A DNA stretch of 19,904 bases, from positions 1-19,904 of the forward strand of contig JBHIFL010000072.1 of assembly GCA_046761065.1 (NCBI GenBank), written 5' to 3'. Below, in pieces: positions 7,247 through 15,460 of this stretch. This DNA is from Candidatus Heimdallarchaeota archaeon. GTDB lineage: Archaea; Asgardarchaeota; Wukongarchaeia; Wukongarchaeales; JBHIFL01. The notes under the pieces were generated by a model that was given only the letters and a program-made list of their open reading frames with translations, was not told the origin of the DNA and ran no database searches. Made by a program: the position numbers and the translations under genes. How positions within the stretch are numbered: the first letter of the stretch is position 1; each line of letters opens with the position of its first letter.

Positions 7247-8149
7247 ATGGCTGCCTCTGTGGAACTGACCTTAGGTGGAGTCTTTGGGTTCCGCGGGCAT
7301 TCGGCCGAGGTATACCTTACTATGGAGGAGGCCATCAGGCGATTGCGCAGCAAAACGAACAAACCGCAGAGTAGGAACAACCAATTCATTCCCGGGATCG
7401 ATTATGTCTCGGAAGTGGAACGGTCGGCTCGGTTCCTGTTGGTGCGCTATTTGGAAGGGTATAAATCCGTCCAGAAGACGATAGTGGAAGAAGAAGACCA
7501 GCATTTTGTTGCAAAGCGGATCTGGGTATCTGTTCCGATCCATAAGCACCTGATTGATGGGGTGCTATTTGCGAAGGGAGCCATCCAGGACCGATGGTTC
7601 TTGGTCCAAGGCGAAGAGGTGGGGGAGGCCTTTGGGCGGTTAAATCGGTACTTGCGGGCAGTGGGGGGCGAGGTGAGCCTTTCCAGCTATGCGAGCCCCC
7701 AACAGGAAGCCCTGGCCCAAGACATTCTGGTCACCCTGTATTTCCAGGATCTCTACGGCGGGCGAATCCGCGGGATCAAAATCGCGGGGAAGCGGTATCC
7801 GGTGCTCGGAACGCGGGTGCGGTACTCAGGGGACTGGGACTTGAGGCGTAGCGAGTACGCCGATGAGATCAACGAGCGGCTGAGGGCGGGTGAGAAGGTG
7901 GAAAGCATAACAGTGGTGCCTTCGCGAGCCAGTGTCCCGGCGTCAGTGGGGCGAGAGGTGCCCACATTCACGATTCGAAGCGATCTACGCATTTCCTCGC
8001 GTAGCAAGATCCGGGATAAAACGGTCTGGGCCGCGATCGCGATTGCCAAGTTGTTGGAGGAGCATAATCGCAACCTCATTCAGGAGGTCTTCGAAGAGGA
8101 ACGGAGGCTGCGGTTAAGATCGGTGGTGTCCCTTGAGAAGTTCCTATAA
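7247..8149 (+). CDS. Hypothetical 300-aa alpha/beta protein; possible RdgC-like segment and PIP-box-like tail
   Basis: Long ORF starting 1 nt after the AAA+ stop, in the middle of the operon, with no TM segment. It ends in VVSLEKFL. Confidence 0.75.
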   Translation: MAASVELTLGGVFGFRGHSAEVYLTMEEAIRRLRSKTNKPQSRNNQFIPGIDYVSEVERSARFLLVRYLEGYKSVQKTIVEEEDQHFVAKRIWVSVPIHKHLIDGVLFAKGAIQDRWFLVQGEEVGEAFGRLNRYLRAVGGEVSLSSYASPQQEALAQDILVTLYFQDLYGGRIRGIKIAGKRYPVLGTRVRYSGDWDLRRSEYADEINERLRAGEKVESITVVPSRASVPASVGREVPTFTIRSDLRISSRSKIRDKTVWAAIAIAKLLEEHNRNLIQEVFEEERRLRLRSVVSLEKFL

Positions 8150-8165
8150 CGTGAGGGGTAATTGA

Positions 8166-9515
8166 ATGACAAAGGTGGTGCTCGAAGATTCCAATAGGGG
8201 GGAGTTACAGAGGGCTCCCTCCCTAGGGTTCGCTGCTCGGGGGGCTTGCGATGCGACTGTTAAGGGCGCCAACTCTTGGGGGAACATGGGCGAAGTCAAC
8301 CCCACCCCGGCACTCGTGCTTGCACTCAAGGACAAAATAGGGGGCACGGGGGCAGTTGAGTTGGGGGCGCAAGTGGAGCAGCTTACACAATCAATTCTCA
8401 GGTGGGGGTCGATTTCCCGGCCGTTTCCAATACAAACGATTGGGAGAACCCTAAGGCGGCTAGATTTCAAGCAGTTGCGAGAAGTTGAGCGAAATGGCAC
8501 CGTGTGGGATCTGTTAGGCGAGTTAGACCACGCGCAAGTTGAACCCTTGGAGACCACAATTTCGATCGAGATGTCTAAAACAAGGCGTCAGGTTTATCCG
8601 GCGCTAGCAAAGAAGAACCTTGTGGGGTTCGATGGCGCGTCGGTGGCACTCCGCACCAGCAGTGTCTCGATTGTATATGCCCGCGCCAGCTCTTACGGAT
8701 ACTCGCAACGAACCAATAATGAGGAACGGTTGAGCTTCAACAGCGGGGTCAACCGAATCTGGTGTGACATAGCACCGATCATTCCGTCTGTTCCGAACGC
8801 CTTAGTTACGGACGAGGGGCTGAGACAACTGGTGATGGAAGACTTTGAGAAGACAGTGAGCGGTCAGGATCAAATCCTAATGGCTGAAATTGGAGCGTTA
8901 GCCCGGGTAGAAGCGATGGCAGCAATGCTGTGTGTGGGAGAGTATGGGGAGCTTATAGACCTCATCTTAGTTGATGGGCCGATGTATGTGGCGCGAGATG
9001 GTTTTGAACCAAGCCTGATACGGGCTAATTACCTGAAGCAGGTGGGGATTCCACACATCAGCGTAGTGAAGAATTTAATTGCCTCGCCTGTCATGAAAGC
9101 CGCGGGCCAGAAACAGAATTGGACCGATTTTGCGTTTTTTGCGACGTCCTTACAACCCGGCGAGCGCAGCTGTGCCTTTCTAAGGCATGATGAAGGGAAA
9201 TATGTCATCCCCCATCTCGAGCTCAAGCGGGTCTTCTTTTACTACAAAACGTTACAAGGGGATCTTTTTCGCTATGAGGCACCACTGTGGGTCTGGGAGC
9301 TGGCACAAGTCCGGACAGAGCTCCTCGATTGTTGCATTGCTGATAGTCTCCTGGCGGGGGGCGGTTTTAGTTTTGTGTTGAGTCAGGCAGATCAATTTGT
9401 GCGGATTCGCAAGGATGTGCGGGGATTGTTGCGATCCCTTCAGCAGATGCGTTTGAGGGAACAGGGTGTAGCACCGAGCGAACCCTACGATCAGAAACGA
9501 TTCTGGTGGGTGTGA
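8166..9515 (+). CDS. nurA: NurA-family nuclease (RNase H-like fold) with long N-terminal extension
   Basis: LVGFDGAS, LILVDGPM, ISVVKN, LQPGERS, FFYYK...LFRYE and GFSFVLSQADQFVRI. Lies directly upstream of a HerA gene. Confidence 0.85.
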   Translation: MTKVVLEDSNRGELQRAPSLGFAARGACDATVKGANSWGNMGEVNPTPALVLALKDKIGGTGAVELGAQVEQLTQSILRWGSISRPFPIQTIGRTLRRLDFKQLREVERNGTVWDLLGELDHAQVEPLETTISIEMSKTRRQVYPALAKKNLVGFDGASVALRTSSVSIVYARASSYGYSQRTNNEERLSFNSGVNRIWCDIAPIIPSVPNALVTDEGLRQLVMEDFEKTVSGQDQILMAEIGALARVEAMAAMLCVGEYGELIDLILVDGPMYVARDGFEPSLIRANYLKQVGIPHISVVKNLIASPVMKAAGQKQNWTDFAFFATSLQPGERSCAFLRHDEGKYVIPHLELKRVFFYYKTLQGDLFRYEAPLWVWELAQVRTELLDCCIADSLLAGGGFSFVLSQADQFVRIRKDVRGLLRSLQQMRLREQGVAPSEPYDQKRFWWV

Positions 9516-9528
9516 TGGAGGTTGTCGA

Positions 9529-11322
9529 TTGCCGAAAGTGCCCCCTAAGGACGAAAGGCCAGTGAGATCGGCGCCGGTCCTCCTGGCATCCCGCGTAGGA
9601 GCCATTACCCCTATTTTCCCCCCCTGGCCCGCTGAAAAGGAGATTGGGTACGTATTGGCGGCGGGGGCGAAAGATGCGGTCCGCATCGGCGAAGATCAGT
9701 ACAGCACCGTATTGTGTTTGATCCCAATCCGGCACCGAACCGGGTTGCGTTTGGGGGACCCGGTTTGCATCTGGGATTATGTCGAGGGGGAGGTATTTGG
9801 CGGGGTCATTGCCGAAATCTCGCTGCCAAATATCACAAGGGAACATTTAGAGACCTACCTGTTTGAAGAGTTTGTCCCGACGCAAGAGTTGGTAGCAGTT
9901 GGCTCGATAGATTTTTTGGAGCAGCCAGCCATCATTGCGGTCAAGCTGTTTTGCACCTTGGAGCCAAAGACGTGGCAGAAAGGGCCAGTGGATTATACGC
10001 CACATCCGCGTGCGTCGGTGTTCCGTCCTGGCCCAAAACTTGTCCGGAAGCTGTTTGGGCTTGCAAAAAGCGGGGAAGGGATCTGTTATGGGGTGATTCT
10101 GCTTGGGAGGCAGCCCTATAAATTTGTGACGGGGAACGGCCACGGGACAGTTGATCTTGGGACGGAAAAGGAGGTTGGCGAGGAGCAGGACACGCAGTTG
10201 ACCTATTTTCCCTATATCATGCGGGAGCACTTACTGTATGAACATGAGTTCTCGGTTGGCACAACCGGGAAAGGGAAGACGGCTCGAAACAAGAATGACG
10301 TCAAACAATGGATCGATGTACTCCACGGGGCGGTAGTGATCCTCGACAAACACGGGGAATATGTCGATCTTGGGAAGACTCCGGTGGATCCTCCCAACTA
10401 CAGGGAACAAACGATCTGGGATGATTGCTCCTTTCAAGCAGCGGGGTTAAAAGACCTCAAAATCTTTAGATGGGCGTCTCGCCTCCCGGAGGAACCATCT
10501 CAGAAGGAAGAATATTTCACGGTTCGGTTTGGGGAGTTGGAAAGTTCAGATCTTTGCTATTACTTACCGGAATTAACCCCACAAGGGTACACGGTCTTAC
10601 CGAGGTTGATTGGCTGTTTCGCGCGAGAGTCCGGGCTGTTCCCAACATTGGCCAATTTTGAGCGATGGTTAAGACGGGCAGATCTACCGGAATCTGTCGC
10701 AGATCAACGCACAGTCAGTGCAGTGCTGAGGCGCCTAGCTATGACGTTGGAATCCCATATTTTTGACGGGTTAGATCTAGAAGACATCTCAATCGAAGAA
10801 TTAATCCAACCGGGGAGGGTGAGTGTGATCCCCTTGAATCACATTCTGGATGAAGACGTGGTCACCATCATCGCCTTTCATGTGTTGAATAAGCTCGCAC
10901 GCTACAAACTATCAGGGCAAGACAAGGCGAAAACGCCTGTCATGATCCTTGTGGATGAAGCTCACAATTACTTTCCCCGTTTGGTAGATCCTGAACGAAG
11001 GGCCTTTATCAAACGTCTTGTGCGGCGGGCCAAAACCATTTGTAAAGAAGGCCGTAAATTTCAGTTGCGGCTGCAATTCACGACCCAACGGCCAGAAGAA
11101 ATCGACATAGGCGTCCTTTCGATTGTCAACACGATCACGTTCTTTGGCTGTACGCCTCAGCAAGTATCTAGCCTAAAAAGAGCGATTGAGCTCCCAATCT
11201 CCCCGAACCAGCTGATCAATCTTCCGAAGCGAACCTCCGTCATCTACTCGAAAGATAATACCGATGCCCCAGTGACGGTTCTGGTGCCTTGGCCGACGCT
11301 GTGGCACCCGGTTCGAGTGTGA
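9529..11322 (+). CDS. herA: HerA-family (FtsK-HerA) DNA helicase/translocase with N-terminal HAS-barrel-like region
   Basis: Walker A VGTTGKGKT, ILDKHGEY, Walker B ILVDEAHNY, arginine finger KEGRKF and TTQRP. GGAGGT RBS at 9517-9522 precedes a TTG start. Confidence 0.9.
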   Translation: MPKVPPKDERPVRSAPVLLASRVGAITPIFPPWPAEKEIGYVLAAGAKDAVRIGEDQYSTVLCLIPIRHRTGLRLGDPVCIWDYVEGEVFGGVIAEISLPNITREHLETYLFEEFVPTQELVAVGSIDFLEQPAIIAVKLFCTLEPKTWQKGPVDYTPHPRASVFRPGPKLVRKLFGLAKSGEGICYGVILLGRQPYKFVTGNGHGTVDLGTEKEVGEEQDTQLTYFPYIMREHLLYEHEFSVGTTGKGKTARNKNDVKQWIDVLHGAVVILDKHGEYVDLGKTPVDPPNYREQTIWDDCSFQAAGLKDLKIFRWASRLPEEPSQKEEYFTVRFGELESSDLCYYLPELTPQGYTVLPRLIGCFARESGLFPTLANFERWLRRADLPESVADQRTVSAVLRRLAMTLESHIFDGLDLEDISIEELIQPGRVSVIPLNHILDEDVVTIIAFHVLNKLARYKLSGQDKAKTPVMILVDEAHNYFPRLVDPERRAFIKRLVRRAKTICKEGRKFQLRLQFTTQRPEEIDIGVLSIVNTITFFGCTPQQVSSLKRAIELPISPNQLINLPKRTSVIYSKDNTDAPVTVLVPWPTLWHPVRV

Positions 11323-11337
11323 AGGGAGCTAAGCATC

Positions 11338-11344
11338 TTTTTTT
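11338..11344 (+). terminator. Probable oligo-T archaeal terminator after herA
   Basis: T7 run 15 nt after the herA stop, followed by a long AT-rich intergenic region. Confidence 0.4.
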
Positions 11345-11742
11345 AGGTTAGGTCGCATCAGGTCAAAAATTCTTCAACAAGCACGTTAAATTTAGATGGA
11401 TATAGAGATAGCTTGTTTTCGTTGGGGGTGAGATAAACTCGGGCATTGGTACTACCAGAGCAGGGTCTAGGCCTAATTTTGAATAAAACCGTTGGTTCTC
11501 TCTAATTAAGGTAATTAATCACTCTGTATTCTTTAATGGAACTCCTGTGTTTATAATATTAGATAATTCTAACAAATTCCTGCTTTGATAAATTAACCTC
11601 TAATAAGAATAGGATCATTGCTTTTAAATACAGATATTTTGAAAAGAAAGGCTTTTAAGGTGTTAAGAAGTCCCTTATAAGACTCGAATCAAGGTTCGGG
11701 CTTTATATAGTAAGCGATATCCGAATCAAAAACGGCGAAATG

Positions 11743-11782
11743 CTTTTATAAAAAGAATCATAATCTTTTATAATCAGAATCA
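11743..11782. repeat. Imperfect 18-bp direct repeat, 22-bp period
   Basis: CTTTTATAAAAAGAATCA (11743-11760) vs CTTTTATAATCAGAATCA (11765-11782), 16/18 identical. Confidence 0.6.
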
Positions 11783-11926
11783 CCTAAATGGTACATACAT
11801 GCGAGCAGGACTTAAAATTTCCCTTTTAGTCGCCTCACAAAAGATGAAGGAAGGTGAAGTCGAGGTTAGTAGAAGGGGGAAGCAAGCCCGTAGCAATGGA
11901 GTACCAGCCCAGGGGGTTGTAAAAAA

Positions 11927-12403
11927 ATGGGTAAACAAAGGCTCATCTCTTTCAAATGTCCGGAGGCGTATCTTGAAGGGTTAATAGAATTAGTTCGGGC
12001 AGGTATCTATCCAAGCCGTTCCGAAGCTATTAGAATAGCAATTCGAGACTTGTTACGGCGGGAATTATGGGAGGTGATAGAGCGAAAAAGTGTAACAGAA
12101 TCGATTAGTTCTTCAACATACCCCTCAAATCCACATTACACCCAAACTCCGCAAGTAAAGACGTTTAAACAACCTTTCGACACTGAAGAACCGATCAATA
12201 GGGAACGTCCTTACGGAATAACAACTTCGATACTGGATGCTATTTGCAAATTCCAGCGAGACCTACAGCAAACCTTAGATTTTCCTGTTCGAGAAAAAAG
12301 CAATTTTGGGATCGACGCCTCTTCAATAGATCTCAAGGATACAGAATTATTTAATAGAGGGCACCCCATAAACAAGCCCAGCACGCGTGGCTACGCAAGA
12401 TAG
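11927..12403 (+). CDS. Ribbon-helix-helix (CopG/Arc/MetJ) regulator, CdrS-like, with ~110-aa C-terminal extension
   Basis: N-terminal RLISFKCPEAYLEGLIELVRAGIYPSRSEAIRIAIRDLLRRELW, followed by an S/T/P-rich tail. Confidence 0.8.
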   Translation: MGKQRLISFKCPEAYLEGLIELVRAGIYPSRSEAIRIAIRDLLRRELWEVIERKSVTESISSSTYPSNPHYTQTPQVKTFKQPFDTEEPINRERPYGITTSILDAICKFQRDLQQTLDFPVREKSNFGIDASSIDLKDTELFNRGHPINKPSTRGYAR

Positions 12404-12636
12404 GTGCCTCTTTAAGATTATCACATTCATTCAAGTTATGACTGGATTTCTAGTTTTGTCTTGGGCATGTTCCCACGTAGATCGTTACTCCGATTTGTCA
12501 GACGGTCGAGAGGGGCTTTTTAGAACTCGTTAGAACTAGTTATTTCTCGTAAATGATTATTTTCTTCGCAATTTTCTTATATTTCATTTTGATTAAATTG
12601 GAATGATTCATATTAAGAAAACAGATATAAAATGCC

Positions 12637-13296
12637 TTAAAGAAAAGGATTTGAACGTTTTTCATGAGAGATCGTAGTTGAAGGGCCGTGCCCTGGAGCG
12701 ACTCGAGTTTCCTCCGGTAAGGTGAACAACCGGGTCCTTATCGAAGTAATCAGGGTCTTAAAATCCCCTCTGGGGAAATCCGTTCGACCAATCGATTGCA
12801 TAAATAAGCAATCACCTGAGAAGACCACTCCAAGTTCAGCTGCATAGAAACTTAGGCCTCCTGGGGAGTGGCCAGGGGTCCAGAGAGCTGTTAAGGCAAG
12901 GTTCCCGACTGAGATTTTTTCACCATCCGCAATAAAAAGGTCTGGTTCTTGGAACTTAGGTGGCTCAAAGCCCCACTGGGCCGCCGCTGGATGAGCGGCT
13001 TGAAGGATGGGGTCTTCTGCTTTGTGCATAGCCACCTTACAACCAGTCATCTGGCGTACTTCCTCTATTCCTTGAATATGATCGAAATGGCAGTGGGTCA
13101 GAAGCGCGTATTTCATATTAAGCTCATGGAGTCGCACAAATTTTAGTAGTTGAAGCGGGATTGCCCCTCCATCAATTAGCACGGCTTCGCGAGTCGGGAG
13201 ATGGGCAATTAAATAACTGTTCGTCTGAAGGGGACCTAAAACAGTGGATTTCACTAGAAAATCCTTGTCTGAGAGAGACACAATCGTATTCTCCAT
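12637..13296 (-). CDS. MBL-fold metallo-hydrolase (glyoxalase II / YcbL-like)
   Basis: GPLQTNSY, THCHFDH, TPGHSPG, FSGDCLF, SIGRTDFP, PGHGPSTTI..EKRSNPFL. Confidence 0.92.
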   Translation of the reverse strand: MENTIVSLSDKDFLVKSTVLGPLQTNSYLIAHLPTREAVLIDGGAIPLQLLKFVRLHELNMKYALLTHCHFDHIQGIEEVRQMTGCKVAMHKAEDPILQAAHPAAAQWGFEPPKFQEPDLFIADGEKISVGNLALTALWTPGHSPGGLSFYAAELGVVFSGDCLFMQSIGRTDFPRGDFKTLITSIRTRLFTLPEETRVAPGHGPSTTISHEKRSNPFL

Positions 13297-13684
13297 ATAA
13301 CTAAGCCAGGAATGCGTTTGAGTAAATTATTCCTATTTATCTTTTCTTGTTAACGAAATTATTGTGAATAAAATCTTATCAATAGGAATCTGTTAATGGT
13401 TGATTATAATTGAATTGTTCAATTTTCCAATTGATAAAAGGCTTCATTATATAGCAAAGACATTCTAGTAAGGAATAATTGACTTCTGATCTTGTTGTGT
13501 TATACGTTTCTTGCATACTTTGCTTAATAGGAGTCGCTACTTTAATGTGATAAAGCCTTCTGGGTGTTAAAGGCTGTGTAGGAGAGATTCCATGTAAAGG
13601 AGGGAACTCAATTCGTCATCCTGTTCGTCCCTAAGTCTTCATTTTAATTTCTTCATATCACACCAGAAACTACACAAGAAAAGG

Positions 13685-13746
13685 CAAAAGGTTTAATATA
13701 TGGCATTTTATCAACGAAGGTTTATCAAAGTTAAATAGAATGGTGA
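13685..13746 (+). promoter_or_regulatory. Putative archaeal BRE/TATA and RBS of pepD
   Basis: Purine-rich CAAAAGG then TTTAATAT (13692-13699). GGTGA at 13742-13746 lies 6 nt before the ATG. Confidence 0.5.
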
Positions 13747-13752
13747 TCCCCT

Positions 13753-15186
13753 ATGACCAATAAAGAACTGCCGAGTTTGGAGCCAACACTCGTCTGGAAG
13801 TACTTTAATGAGTTGAGGAAAATCCCGCGGTGCTCAAAAAACGAAGAAAAAGCGGCTGAGTTTGTAGCAAATACCGCAGAGCAGTTTGGCTATGAAACCA
13901 TTATCGATCACATGAAGAACGTCCTCATTCGGATCCCTGCATCCCCCGGTTACGAGGAGAAAGCCCCGACCTGCCTACAATGTCATCTAGACATGGTTTG
14001 CGAGAAGACATCTGATGTAGAACATGATTTTACCCGGGATCCTATTGAGGCATACATTGATGGAGAGAACGTGAAGGCCCGGGGAACAACCCTTGGAGCC
14101 GATAACGGCATCGGCGTGGCGGTCCTGCTTGCCCTCCTCGAAGAAAGAGAATTCAACCACCCGTTCTTAGAGTTCCTCTTCACTGTAGACGAGGAAACTG
14201 GGCTGACAGGCGCTTTTGGGCTTCACGAGGATTTTCTTACGGCTCAACGGCTCATCAATTTAGATAGCGAAGAAGAAGGGACGGTGTACATAGGCTGTGC
14301 CGGTGGTGGGGGCACAGAACTCTACTTACCAGTAAAGAAAGTGCCAGTAGAAAGCGTTGGTCTCCTTATTAAGGTTCACAAGCTTAGAGGAGGGCATTCC
14401 GGCGTGGATATTCATTTGGGTCGTGCTAACGCCATTAAATTACTGGCTCGCGCCCTTGACCGACTCATGAAGTCCGAAACGTTGGAATTAGCACGTTTTT
14501 TTGGCGGGAGTAAACGAAATGTGATCCCTCGCGAAGCAGAGGCGCTTGTCACTGTTAAAGACATGAGCAAGGCAAAGGAAATCCTGAAAAAGAGCGAGGA
14601 AGACTTCAAACTTGAATATGAGGGGAAGGAAGACATGTTAGAGATCGAAGTGAAAGAAACTCCGGTGAAGGAGGTGTTAATTGACGGGGAGAAGGTCATT
14701 CAACTCCTATTAGCCTTGCCACATGGTGTCATTTCCATGAACGCGCATATTGAGAACCTTGTGGACACTTCCACCAACCTTGCAGTGGTGAACACCACAG
14801 AAGAAACGGTGGAGATCTTCCAAAGCACTAGAAGCTCCATAATCCCTGCCTTGGAGGATGTGAGAAGGAGGGTAGAAGCAACTGGAAACCTTGCTGGGGC
14901 AAAAGTGGTCCAGACAGGCAGTTATCCTGCGTGGAGACCTAACCTCCAATCACCTTTGCTGAACCTAGCCCGGGAAACGTACCAAGAGATGTATGGCAAA
15001 AGTCCAGAAGTGAAGGCTATCCATGGGGGCTTAGAGACGGCCGTGATAGGCAGCAAGTACCCTGGGATGGATATGATCTCCATAGGAGCCACATTAAACT
15101 TTCCCCACACTCCTGACGAGCAGATTCACATTCCTTCTGTTACAAAATTCTATAATTATCTGCAAAGGCTATTGCAAATGCTCTGA
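13753..15186 (+). CDS. pepD: Aminoacyl-histidine dipeptidase (peptidase M20C)
   Basis: IPRCSKNE, HLDMVCEK, TTLGADNGIG, DEETGL, NLDSEE, GGHSG, IHGGLE, HTPDE. Confidence 0.93.
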   Translation: MTNKELPSLEPTLVWKYFNELRKIPRCSKNEEKAAEFVANTAEQFGYETIIDHMKNVLIRIPASPGYEEKAPTCLQCHLDMVCEKTSDVEHDFTRDPIEAYIDGENVKARGTTLGADNGIGVAVLLALLEEREFNHPFLEFLFTVDEETGLTGAFGLHEDFLTAQRLINLDSEEEGTVYIGCAGGGGTELYLPVKKVPVESVGLLIKVHKLRGGHSGVDIHLGRANAIKLLARALDRLMKSETLELARFFGGSKRNVIPREAEALVTVKDMSKAKEILKKSEEDFKLEYEGKEDMLEIEVKETPVKEVLIDGEKVIQLLLALPHGVISMNAHIENLVDTSTNLAVVNTTEETVEIFQSTRSSIIPALEDVRRRVEATGNLAGAKVVQTGSYPAWRPNLQSPLLNLARETYQEMYGKSPEVKAIHGGLETAVIGSKYPGMDMISIGATLNFPHTPDEQIHIPSVTKFYNYLQRLLQML

Positions 15187-15417
15187 ATGATTATTGGTAA
15201 AAATTATAAGTTAATTGATAATGTCAAACCCATAACATTTCATATAAGGAAAATATGATGGGCTAATGGATTATCTTCTTTATGTGTGTTACTTTTAAAT
15301 TTTCTAATTTGTGTCTGAAATCTCTACGTATTATTCAAAATTACCATTTACTTTTGAAATCTCCTCGGCGATTAAATAAGACAATCGCTCATTATCTTCG
15401 ATGTGAGCTCTTCCACA

Positions 15418-15433
15418 CAAAAAACTTTTAAAT
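15418..15433 (+). promoter_or_regulatory. Putative BRE/TATA of the dpp operon (likely near-leaderless transcript)
   Basis: CAAAAAAC followed by TTTTAAAT (15426-15433), 27 nt upstream of the ATG at 15461, with no RBS visible. Confidence 0.55.
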
Positions 15434-15460
15434 AGAAATTTATCCAAATATCCCAAAAAA

